64,000 bases of DNA from NCBI GenBank assembly GCA_040954595.2, contig CM082584.2, positions 11,746,552 to 11,810,551 on the forward strand, given 5' to 3'. Positions 13,447 through 25,577 of this stretch are shown here, one piece after another. Source of the DNA: Balanoglossus misakiensis (taxonomy: Eukaryota > Animalia > Hemichordata). Each line of letters opens with the position of its first letter. Position 1 is the first letter of the stretch. A program made the position numbers and the translations under genes. The notes below the pieces were generated by a model, which did no database searches, had not been told where the DNA came from, and was given only the letters and a program-made list of their open reading frames with translations.

Positions 13447-16400
13447 GTAAGTGTCACAGTTGGCCCACCATTGCTTCTTCTGTTGTAGCTGGGGATCTTT
13501 CCTATAAAGTATTGAAACTGAAAACTTTCACAGAATATAAAAAGTCCCTAACATAGTTGTCCATACAGCTCCTTGCTGAATAACTTGAATGTGCTTAATG
13601 AACCTACCGGTAATGGGAAATGCATTAGTAAAAATCTGTTGTTGGAAGCTTGTGAAATTCCATGAAACATTTACATGGAAATCTGTTCTTAGAAATTCTC
13701 ATGTGGAAATGCATTCTGGGAAAAACTTTTCAGAGATAGAAGATGCCCCCACACCTTCAAAACCCCCAAGATTTGCACATCATAAAAATGCCCTGCTGTA
13801 TTCTTCACTAATTTAAGAAAAGTCGGTTTGTTGAGTGATCATACATGCAAGTCAGAGTAGAATAGAATTTGATTCCAAGGTGAAGTTTGAAAGGGCAGTG
13901 TTTAACTTAACCATCATATTAAGTTTAGGGAAGTGGTTATGTCTAAAGTTGCAATTTAACATTTACCTGATTCTTACTTCATGCTATCAGAGAAGAGAAT
14001 AAGTCGTCATCACTTCAAATAGCTGTGTCAATCATCATTCTGCCACAGCGATCAAATTTCCACTACATTTGGCATGCTCAGGTTGTGTGCGCATGTGGGC
14101 GGGTTATGGGTGTTCTGGTACAAAGTCTAATTAATGTTTATAGTGTACAATAGATGTACTTAAATAGCAGTAGATAAATTCGAGAAACCAATTGTGGTCT
14201 CATATGAATAGACCTATGTCGGTTTGCATATATGCAGAGATGAAGGGTCGAAGGTGGTGTGAGATGTAGGTCAATTGGAATGGCATGATGTGTTTAATCC
14301 ATGTTAATAAATCATTTAAGTTTAATTTAGAAAAGGCGTGGTAATTAAATGTCCAAATAAATTACCCTTCTTTGCCATGAGTTGGCCAAATATCGTTGGC
14401 CACTTACTGTCCAATAAATGCAACATTAATATCAATTCCGTGCCTAGTGATAACTTTTGGAGGTGTGCTCTGCAGAGCTGGCATTGTGCTGTGATTATTA
14501 AATTGTCACATTTTGCCGTCAGTGATGTCTGAAATCAGCGTGGATCCAGGAAGTTGTGGTAATTGGCTGAGGATGGGAAATTACTCCATGGGCGGCTATA
14601 TGCATAGATGATGAAAAATAGTCTATAGCTCCAGCAAAAATTTCAACAATAAGGAAATTGTATTTGCAAATAAAACGAAGTAAGCTGTTTATCGACAGGT
14701 GTGCGTATATGAATGTGGTGGGCTGAAAAGCTTGCATTTTCAAGCCCACACCTGACGTAGACAAATGTACCACACACATATAATGATATACTTTTATCTG
14801 TTGAAGTAGGTGGGTGACTTCAACAACAACAAAAAAACAGTAGGTGGCATTGCATATAAAAGTAAAACATTATATTATTTCGCGGAAAACTGCTGATGTG
14901 GGCATTATAGGTAGGTGTTCCTTGACCTTTCTGCCGTCATCCCTGAAAATCAGGAAATTCTGCTGAAATAGCTTTCCAGAAACCAGGGAGTAGGTTGTTA
15001 GGTTTTAATATCAATGCTGATATCAAGGTTTTCTCTTGAATACCATCGGGCAAAGCAATTTTAATTTTAATGACTCATGAAAGTGAAACCAGCCACTTTA
15101 TTGTTCCACCTCCTCCAAAAGGTAAAACGAACATATTAAAAGTCAGTGCATACTCATACTTCAGTATAACTGTATATTTGAAACCTTGCCAGCAATAGCG
15201 TCCAACTCGTATGGTGAATTCTTCAACATTGTTTTGAAATGCCACCGATTCCCATGCTGTTGGAGCTTAAGCTCAGCTTTTCAGAATGAAAAAATAATTA
15301 TTAGATTTACGAGTGACAGACTCCCACCCGTGTCGCCATCATGTCTCCGGCCTGCCTGTCTGCACCGAGCCAAACCCCAGATCACAAGTCCAACCCACAT
15401 CAAATTTATCCTGCATCCACTGTTGCATCGACATACTGCCTTTCATATCACTTTTATTTGTGCTTGCAATGTTCTGATGTTTGGAATGCTGTATCTTGAA
15501 GGTCCTGGGGATTCTTAAAATTGATGACGTCGCCAGCTGGCATGATTGAATGCCCCGGTTCGGAAGATGTGTGGGAGAGTGTAAGCTCTGCCTGTAAGGC
15601 TTTCAAGGTTGCTCTCTGTAAAATGTTTACCAGGGATATGCCGACTGAAATATTTGCTGTCAGTGTACTTTGCATTAAACTGGCTGTACTATATAATGAT
15701 CGCCCACAGACACAGTAATACAGATCTTGCTACTTAATCTCATCCTCTGAACAACAAATGTTGTGGCCACCAACGGGGGGAAACAGTTTTATGTTGGAAG
15801 ATACCAAATCCACAAATGCAAAGTCATGCAGGTGTCACACTAGAAGAGGCAAGGTGACCCTATTGTTTCGCCAAATGCTGCACCAGCTGCAGTGGCTGTG
15901 ACGAAGACATCATTAACCTGTCTGTGGAATCAGAGATACTGGATCACTCTATTCTAAACTAACCACACCCTCATACTCCTCCAAGCGAAACAACTTCCCC
16001 CTTTCAACTTCCTCCTTGTCCTCAACATCCACTCATACGCCTACCTGGCTTTCCGTTTTGAATGATCATGCCTTTCATTGCACCTCCCAGTTTTCTTGTT
16101 TTGAAATGAAATATTCCCCGGTTATTTTACCGGGGTTTAGTAATTTCCAGCTGGTCCAATTATCCCAGCACGGAGCATTCCATCAGCAATAATCCTACGC
16201 CCACGCACATTTTTTTTCCAGAATGCTGTTATTATTTTTGGCAATTTTGCGACGAAAATTGGACGAAATTGCCAGTTGTTATTTATGTAAATATTCTACA
16301 TCAGAATACTAATTGCATTTTGCCGGTGAAGGTCAGCTACAAGTCATCAAATTACATTGATTATGGGTTTTTTACTTTTCATCATAATAACAAATTGTAA

Positions 16401-16775
16401 AAGAATTCTGAATTATGTATCACAGACGTAGCAGTATTTCTATGGATAATTACATTATGATCAATTGGGCCTCGTTATCAAAACGAAGGAAGTACACCGA
16501 TATTTATGGATATTAATTTGAGAAAATGGTGAAAAACATCCTTCATGTTAGAGAATTAATATTGACAAGATTCCAGGAAGTGTTTGGAAGGTGGTAGTTT
16601 AGCCAACAGTAACGATGCTGACTACTACGAAAAGGGCTAACTGTGTTGAAAAACCAAACAGTGGGCAGTTCTACAGAGTAGAACAAGAAGCCGCAGTTGA
16701 TAAGTAAAACAAAAATACTAAGAAAATATAACACTCCTTGCAATTGATCTGTAATCTGCTGATTTGCACACACAG

Positions 16776-16939
16776 ACCCAACATGGCAGGCGTTGTTGCA
16801 CATCGATCACATGAGATCCGCACAGAAGTACACCAAACTTATCACAAGCTGGGCGAAGGAGCTGGACCTGAGTGGCCGCTTGCTGACACAAGGACATCTT
16901 ATTTTATTGATTCTGCAGGGATCACCAACAGCCATAAAG
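16776..16939 (+). CDS. RWDD3: RWDD3 coding exon 3
   Basis: CACAG acceptor. [47 protein letters not shown] matches the RWDD3 LLHLDHMR region. Donor AAG|GTAAAG, phase 1-0. Confidence 0.93.
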
Positions 16940-17310
16940 GTAAAGTATATGCAGTATAGTCTTTTACTGGGGGGTTCTAGCACTTTGCTAGTGTGGGGTT
17001 AAGGGTTATAGGCCCCCAGAGAGTTCTTTTTTCTTCTTCACTCCAGCGGGACTTTAAAGAGCTGTGATCATGAATGGGAGTGAGTATAGGCATGCAGCAC
17101 TTTGCACCAATAAAGTGAGGTACTGTCTGAAGCCTTAAATAGTGTTATACAGGAATTTATCGGTGGTTGTTGAAATGGAAGGAGTGCAGCGTTGGCATTT
17201 GCATTCTGGCCATGATCGGGAGAAATTTGATGGGGAAGTATAGAGATAGAGAGTGCATATTGCCACATGAGTTAAGGCTATATCAAAATTCCTTTAGTGT
17301 GAATTGTTGG

Positions 17311-17342
17311 TGTGTGTGTGTGTGCATGTGTGTGTGTATGTG
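17311..17342. repeat. Interrupted (TG)n microsatellite
   Basis: tgtgtgtgtgtgtgcatgtgtgtgtgtatgtg. Confidence 0.8.
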
Positions 17343-18848
17343 TTGGTGATGGGGGAGGGGCACCTATGGGATGTTAGTCAATTATTTACCCATGATGCAG
17401 TGCGTGTAGTCTAGTAATCAGATGGTTACAGACACCCGGTGTCCCAATTGGATTGGTTTCTGTAGTAGTTGATTAAGATTTTGTAATTTTTGAAGGATTC
17501 AAAGCCTTCTAAGGTCTTGATCAGTTGCATTGCATCCTTCCCTAATTGCTTTTGAAATCTTCTGTCCTCGTTTCCATGCAGTGTTCCGGACACAAAACTG
17601 AACAAAAATCATTTAAAAAAGTAATTATTTGGAAATAAAAATTTATTTTGCAATTTATCATTGCATAAAAGATAGCTTGCATGTTGGATGAGAAATAAGG
17701 AAATGAAACAAAGTTTACAGTTTCATATTTTACTGACAACAAGTCAGGTTTGTTTTTGAAAAAAAGCAATGTTCATGTATATGTCCCTGCTGTCTGATGT
17801 TCCATTCATAAATTAGTAATTTTTTTCAAGTGTCATCCTATATTAACTGCCGGGGATGATTATATTGCTGAATTATACATGTTTTACATGCTGACTAAGG
17901 CGAAATTGCCTTAGCAGTCTTAGAGGGGTGTTTTGCTAATCTTAGAGTCGTGCCGTGCACTTTTCTGGCTTCTGGGCTTACACGTCTCGTGACCCGAGAG
18001 ACGCTTGTTGTTCATAACAACAGTGACCCATTTCTCTCTATGCCTGCTTTGGCATACTGTCCTTTTCAAGATTTTGTGTGTCCTTATATTTATACTATAA
18101 AGCTGTGTGAGATATGAAAACAGATGTTGATGTTGGGGGAATTTTTCTGTATTTTGGCCCAACTGATGGTCACATTTTGTATAGAGGCTTATAACGAGAA
18201 ATAAAAAAATGGTACAAAAAAATTAAAATCCTTGAAATTTACAGGGTAGTCAGGCGTGCCATTTTTTATGGACAGTAAACACTAAAACAGGTAAATGTTA
18301 TAGGTTAGCCACTCAGTTTACGAGAGTACCCCATATTGCCACCAGTACATGTAACCAGATGTTCTGCATGCGCAGTTTCTAGCAGCCGTATTTCATGCCT
18401 GTCTTTATATACGTACACAACTGATTGGTCATGCATTTAATGCCCATTGTCCACCTCTCATGCTTGACATTTTATAATGTTAGTCATTTGTGTAACGAAG
18501 ACATGGTACCAGTTAAATTGTATCCCTGACTCATCCAGAACAATTGTTTATTCATGTGGCTCCTCCAAATTATCATGCATGCTAAAATTGACATTTCATC
18601 TTTATGTGTGCAGGTGTGTATAAACATTTGAAATGTCAAGCGTGGTTGCAGGGTTCACGTATTCACGGAAAATCATGGAAAGTACTGGAATTTCCAGCCA
18701 ATCTCAGAAACCCTTGAAAGTCACGGACAATTAAAACTTCCCTTATTCCTGGAAAGTCCCGCAGGGAAATTTATTCACTTGCAGCCCTATGTACTAGTTT
18801 GTTCCACAATTTAAAACTTTGGCTTCATTTTCCATTTGTCTATTGCAG

Positions 18849-18964
18849 GAATATATACGCCGTCAGCGAACGCAAAAAGTTGATGTTGACTCTCACGGTC
18901 GAAGTTGCAAAGAGAAAATGATGTCTGTGTTGTGCGAAGAACCACTGCCAAGGCATATTCACAG
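18849..18964 (+). CDS. RWDD3: RWDD3 coding exon 4
   Basis: TTGCAG acceptor. [30 protein letters not shown] contains the conserved VDVDSxGxxCKEKM motif. Donor CAG|GTGAAT, phase 0-2. Not in the ORF track. Confidence 0.93.
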
Positions 18965-19821
18965 GTGAATATTAAAGGCTTGATGATGTACCGTACCTTG
19001 TACCAGCCCATTGTTGTCTGAGTTGATGCCTGTTTCTTTCAGTTTCAGTAGCATTGATTTGTCGTCAATATTGCCTGAGAGATTACAGAATGCATGACTC
19101 GAAAAGTACAAGGAGCCAAGAGGAACTACTGAATTTTTTGTTGAAATTATTAAAGCCCCACGTACACGAGCTACCATTATTTGCATTATTTTACTTTCTA
19201 ACTTACTCATGGATATATACAAACATATCATCAACCTATGATTTATGAAGGTTTGGTTTTTGTGGTCTTCTTTTGTGGGATTCTTCCTGTTAGCCGCTGA
19301 TAATCATGTCCGTCTGACAACTCTGAAAGATTGCCGCAGCTGCATTCTACTTCCATCAGTCATGATTCAGCAACAATCCTAGCCTGACCAAACTATAAAT
19401 AAAACCAACTCACGTAACAGCGATTTAGGTGACATTAAAGAGCACAAGGGCTATGAATATTCATTATGGATTATCGGCTCATTTGAATGCAGGCAAGGCA
19501 GATTACTATCAGCTTGAGGTGGTTGTTATTAAGGTTGCATTGTCACACTTCTAGTGCAGTGCAGCCAAAGGTCTGTGGCTGTGAAGTAAACTACATTAAA
19601 TCTTGTATTTTTACTGCAAGTAAAGAAAAAAACACACCCAAGCCACAGTCAGTGCACTTTGTGAAAAGATAGCATATCTTTAACCCTGAAATTGTTATCA
19701 CATCATTGGACAAATACCAGACATAAAAATATATTTTGCTAATAATGTGATCTGTGTATACTAATTAGTAATTAACTTAATGCGGTGTTTTTCTACTTTT
19801 GACTGAATTCACACACTCTAG

Positions 19822-19945
19822 ATGCCAAGATTTCAAGGTAAAGAAGCTGGAGTCGCCTCTTGAAATGGAAGAGGAATTTGCAGATATGAACCTGTCAGGA
19901 ATCTACCAGGAGTACGTCACCAAACTGTGGCATTCAAAGTCGTGA
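19822..19945 (+). CDS. RWDD3: RWDD3 coding exon 5 (terminal)
   Basis: CTCTAG acceptor at 19821. The phase-2 join gives RCQDFKVKKLESPLEMEEEFADMNLSGIYQEYVTKLWHSKS*, similar to the RWDD3 C-terminus. Total CDS is 834 nt (277 aa). Confidence 0.85.
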
Positions 19946-20508
19946 CAGTGGCATCGCAGATTTTATGGACTCGGCTTGTGAACGCTGAGCTACACTTCAA
20001 CTCAGGATTTGTGTGAAGCCTTTGTGTGCCCAATACACATGACCCCCCACCCTTAGAACTGCGTGAGTATTTTCTGCGGAAGTCGCTATGCATGGTTAAG
20101 TGTTTTATTCTCCTCTTTAGACAATGGTAAGACTGTGTTGACCGATAGACTGCACTTTTGAGTTAAAGCGCGGGGCTGCGTTCGCTGGTGTTGTCATTGT
20201 GGCTTTTGTACAGCCCCTGTTGGTATGTGGGCTGAGTATTAATACACGTCTGTTGATGTGTATACAACAATGTGGTGCATGTATCCTCGGGTGGGTGTGT
20301 GTGTACATACTGCATTGTTCCGACCTGGTCTCCAGACTGCGGAGGTCACCACTACAAGGTCACAGATGGCTCGACCAGTAACAACAAACATACCGTGGTG
20401 ACTGCATGCAGCACATCACAAAAACGGAGACATGCATTTCAAGAATTTTCACCAAACCTGGAAAGCTGCACTTTTCTTGAAGATGTGGACAAGAAGAAAT
20501 TATGAAAC

Positions 20509-20797
20509 AATAAAATATATTATTTTGTAAATATAGATGATGTTGTTGCTGTCCAATTTTCCATGCCTTTGAAACTCAACTTTGAAAGGTCTGCAACAGA
20601 AACTAAATATATGGAATAAAGAAAAGGCAGACTCTTGAAAAGTGTGTATTCTTCATGGTCTAATAAGTGTTTGAATAGTACACCTGGCCCTTTGATTCCT
20701 GACATTGTGAATTCGGAGACCACCATGTAGCATATAGTGTACAGCCAGTTTCACTTTCAGTTTATTTTTGCAAACCTATATGTAGACAAACAATAAA
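20509..20797 (+). terminator. Candidate RWDD3 polyadenylation signals (AATAAA at 20509-20514 and 20792-20797)
   Basis: Canonical hexamers 0.6-0.9 kb after the stop codon. Confidence 0.45.
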
Positions 20798-20815
20798 TGT
20801 GGACATACATTCAGT

Positions 20816-20871
20816 TAGTCTAGTATCTAGCTGGAAGCAAAGCGGACAAAATACGGCTAGATACTAGACTA
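20816..20871. mobile_element. 56-bp miniature inverted-repeat element with 9-bp TSD
   Basis: Perfect 16-bp TIRs TAGTCTAGTATCTAGC / GCTAGATACTAGACTA, flanked by the direct repeat ACATTCAGT at 20807-20815 and 20872-20880. Confidence 0.85.
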
Positions 20872-21925
20872 ACATTCAGTACATTGCATCCACACACAAA
20901 GTGCCCTTTATTTTACCTCCTTTGGTGTGTGCGATCGGCACCAAATCATGCAGCAGCATGCCATTTTCAGTATTAATCTCACTCCTCCAAGCTCTTATTC
21001 CCACATGTGAGCTATAAATCCCCCACCTAAGGTCAATCCTCTTTCATGTAGCAGCTCATGAAATGTCACCCAGTGGCAAAGAGAAATGTTTAAACTGAGT
21101 CATACATGATTGTGCCAAACCACACCCATCAATCAAACATGCAGTGCAGTCATATATATATACCTGTGAGTGATCGATACATCCAGCAAACACAAGACCT
21201 TTATACAGTGATGCATTGAAATTGCTCAAGATTCAAAATAACCATTAATCTGCAAATGTTGACTATAGGCAGCTATCATGTCTACTGGTATACGAATGGG
21301 TATAGCGTTAGAAGGCGAAGTACCGGTATACGCAAAACGCTTTCAGCAAAGACCCAGGAACCAGGTGGTCTAGAGTCGCGCTATGAACACCATGAAAAGT
21401 GGGAAGGACCCAATACGTCTGCACAAACAAGACAGAGTTTGTCATTATTTTTCATGAATGGAAAATCGCCGGGATGACCTTAACCTTCCCCTTAGGAAGA
21501 TCCCGGTCAAACCGAACTTCCTTGCACTCAGAGCGCGCGACAAAAAAATCGGACAAAAGCCTTTGCGTTCTGTGAGTAATGTCCACGTGTTTTCAGGCTT
21601 GACTGGATCCGGCCTTGGAGAGATTGCTGTGCTACGGTCAGCCGTCACATGATCTCTACCTGAATCCTGTCCATCAACTCTGAGCTCTAGCTTTGTTCAA
21701 AGCCTTTTTGGCGCGGCGAAATGTGCTTGATGTGCTCATTACAGAAACGGAAATAGGAAGTCCACAATACCTACACAGATTGCCTTGTATTGAACAGTTC
21801 AGTACAGTTGGCATTGTGAGTTACAGTCAGCATTTAAGTTTACTGTGATACCCATCAAATACCAGAACAAAATTGATGCTATAAGAGGGGCGAAAAGTGA
21901 ATTTTTTTTGGGTGTGGGGATGGAA

Positions 21926-21941
21926 GGGCGCCATCTGCAGG
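21926..21941 (-). promoter_or_regulatory. CTCF-like motif between the RWDD3 and midnolin 3' ends
   Basis: Minus strand reads CCTGCAGATGGCGCCC, a good match to the CTCF core. Confidence 0.5.
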
Positions 21942-24900
21942 TATAAAAGTGAAAGTGCATGCGGGAGACGTGCGCGCGAGTGGAGTTAGCGCAGTCCAAG
22001 TGAAGTTTATAAATCTCTCTTTAATTCTACAAACAGTGACGGGATGCTGCCTGGACGTGTGGAATGAACACAAGCAGTTGGTGTGTTAGTCGTACAATCG
22101 ACAACCGGGGGCTTGCATTCATGTGCATGTGCTGGCAACGGTTGAATAGTCATGTAAACTAGGTGTAATTAAGGAGTGGTCGGTGACAACTGCTTTTCTC
22201 GCGCAGCACAGCTGTTACACCACTGATATGAACCCTTTGCTGGGTTTTGCAGTCACCTATTGGCAGAGAATAACTTGTATTGTTAGTGTACTGGAGCCAT
22301 TGGAATATAAGACTTGTGCGTGTACGTATAGTAGATGGCACTAGCAAGTCACTGAGATCAACGTGCTAGTGAATTCTAAGCACAATTCATAGTGATATTT
22401 TTCATTAAAAGAGCAGGAGTTAAAAGGTCATGAATTCATTGTCCAGGTCAGTACTGAAATGCCATTACAATAGCACACCAAACGTCCAATATGTTTTATA
22501 TAGTGATACTGCCCAGAATGGTATCCTTAGTTGGCCATCGTTTTTTTGCAGAGTACGATAGCACATATGTGTGAGGATGGTTCAGCCCAATCCATCATTC
22601 CACATGGCTGTTGGACATGTGCTGACCAAATTTGACTATAATATAAATAGCAAAATGAAATATATGTACAATGCACTGTTATTTACCTTTTTTATCATGA
22701 GCATATAACAGATGTTTCTATTCTATTGATAGTAACCAAAATTGCATACACGGGTTTGCACTTTGTAATTGTATTATTGTATCATACCAAGAAAGTTACT
22801 TATCCCATTAGCTATCTCGCATATAATTCTGAAATATGAATTGACTTAGGCTCTGCTGACAAGGTCATTTTTTTTATTGAGGCTTGTGGGGGAGTTGCCT
22901 GCTTTCCCAGGGTAAATTGCAATGCATCGTGGGTAAGAACTATTGATGATTGTTGTTCTTAATCGCGTGTCGTGATCACCTTTCATTGGGAGGGGGCGAG
23001 GTCATTACAATTTCACCAAATAGGCTTTATTAGCGGCAATGGTAGCTTTCTGAAACTCAGCCATGAACTTTGATAAATTATTCAGACAATATGGCCAATT
23101 TGTAGCTGGGCAGCTGCAGATGGTTTTGCCCCACAGCGCGAGTACATTTCCTGAAATGTTGAACAAAGGAAGGTACTTGTAGCTTTGATTACCTTAGGTA
23201 TGGTTAACATAGAAATGAAAGCTACTGAGAAGGTTAGAAGGTTAGTGGTAGGTGTTAGTAGGTTAGTTGATTTTATGATATCATTCAAATATACAAATGT
23301 TTCCGACACAGATAAGCTGTACCATGGGGAGGGCAAGAAAGGTGCTGACTCAGCACTTTGTTAAATATTTTAGACCCACTAACTTGAAAAGTAGGTGATG
23401 AACAACTTGTTCTTTTGAGGTTTTTAAAATTCATTAATGTACATTATATGTGAAAATCATAAAAATGACACTAATTTTGAGCAGTGCGTCCGTGATCCGC
23501 CCACCTTAAAGCGCCCTGTGGAGAATCGTGAGCATGTCACGCACACAGCCTTGGTGGATGGCGACAACGCGAGGGTGTTATTAAGACTTCTCCTGCTGTG
23601 AACTGCACGTACTACTCTGTGTCTACTGAAAGTTGAAGGCTGGAATTTGTACATTTAAATCCTGCTATGCATGCTTAGTAATAGTGAGCCAGGTGTTCCA
23701 CTCTTGGTAGAGTGTACTTTCTACACTGCCATACACCCACTGATTCCCAGGTAATTAGCCTTCCACCAGCCCATCCCCCCTCCTCCCTCCCCTTAAGTCA
23801 AATCCGATCACTTGGGGGACAATGACATTCTCTTGTTTTGTGTTCTCACTGGAAAAGGATCAACGAAAGGTATGAAAACTGAGTAGATATGTATTAAAGC
23901 AGTCATAGGACACGAGGCGTATTGTTTGCGTGAACCACGACTCAGACACAATGAGTTGGCAATGTTAATATGTAACAGAATCAGACCAGGACTGTGTAAC
24001 TAAAGCAGGGGTCGGGGTACAGTGTATCAGAATTGGCAGTAACTCTGTAATAGAATCAGCTGGGAAGAACGTAAACAAACACCCAGTTGACACTCTGTTC
24101 AGAATTGTATGCTTTAAAAAATCGCCCCAAATCTAGTGTCTAAATGGAGTATAATGGATGAAGAACTTGCACAAGAAATCTGCCCTTGTTATCCATATTT
24201 AATTGCCACACTGAGGTGGACATTTGATCTATATCTTACATTGAAATCAACTGTGTTGAAAACCTTGTCACTTTAATGGACATGTCACAACTTCGAGAAG
24301 AATATACATATGTGGCAGGAATGCGACTGAATGCCAAGTTCAGTGAAGTATATGTCACAAATGGCTGTCAGAATCAAGTGGACATTGAAGCTGTATATAA
24401 ATCCACATTCAGGTTTTTTATCCAGGTGTGCATGGGTGTGGCGTGTGTTACTTATCGATTCCTTGATGCCTATCTGGGTGACCTTGTTAAAATGCCAATG
24501 TTTGTCTTTGATCACTTCACCAGTTGATTCCCCCCCCCCCATCCTGTGGCAGTAATAGGAACCCCCATTTCAGGTAATCCCAGTGTCGACCTTGCTGTAC
24601 GCAGCAGCGCATCTAACAGTAAGCTGTTGAAGAAGAAAAAATTCCATGCCCACATAGAAATGCAAACCATCCCTCTTCAAGGTCAAATCTTTGAAGGCCG
24701 TGAGCCGGATCAGCCAATAAACCCAGGCATGCGAGTCTTTTGGGCAAATCTCAGAGTAGGACAGGAAATAAATTTGCTCTCAAGGACACTAAAAGTCGAT
24801 CTGCCAATTGCTCGATGAGTCACCACCCCGGGCACCACTCAGCACCGGGCGTCGAAGCCTTGACTGGAAATCACCTGATTGACTGTTGACCTTTATAATT

Positions 24901-25571
24901 GATCATCGCCACATTGCAGTGGGCATAATTATGTGAGCATGTGCGTCCCTTAGAGACGCGTGTATCACCCATTAAAAGCCCCTGTGGTATTTGCCAAAGA
25001 GATCCAGGAGTTCAATGATGGGGAAGTTTTCCAACATTAGCAACCTCTGCAGGAATTATGCCAGCAAGCATAATAGAAGCAGATTGGTGGTTCTTGAGTA
25101 TTTCTGTTTGGTTTGTCGGAAGTAATATTCTTCCACATTTTGTTCCAACGCCAAGCGTTCAATTCTCTGAATGAAAGGAAAGGTTGACGTGTGTGTCACG
25201 CTAGTCATTTCGAGTAGCTTTTCAAACGAGCACTCCTTTTTGTGTATGTGTCCAACTCTTGTCAAAAACAGAAATATCACCACGGGCACATCACTGATGG
25301 AAGTACACTGGCTGGCCTCGTGTTGGGAGTGGTATTGTCTGCTGCCATGGCAACACTTTGGAGGGGGGGGGGGTGTTTGGTTTGGTTCAAGGTAAGGCTG
25401 AGCTGTACGTGTGCCTGTGTGGTGGCAAGGTAGTGCAGCTGGTCTTATGTTACCTCAGCAGGTGAGGAGAAAACCAATGGACACCCGTTCTTTAAATAAT
25501 TATCTTCCATGCATATACCTCTCGTTCAACACAAAAACAAAGAACAATGATGGTTTTTAAATATTACTGGT

Positions 25572-25577
25572 TTTATT
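25572..25577 (-). terminator. Likely midnolin polyadenylation signal (implies a ~2.8-kb 3' UTR)
   Basis: AATAAA on the minus strand followed about 30-50 nt later by a GU-rich element (TTGTTCTTTGTTTTTGTGTTG). Alternative hexamers at 26014 and 26869. Confidence 0.5.

Noticed and set aside
19943-19985. RWDD3 TGA as possible selenocysteine or readthrough
   Set aside because: The stop position matches the expected protein end, another TGA follows within about 12 codons, and no SECIS was recognised.
21256-21652. Short ORFs in a CpG-richer patch between RWDD3 and midnolin
   Set aside because: No homology recognised and no convincing splice structure.
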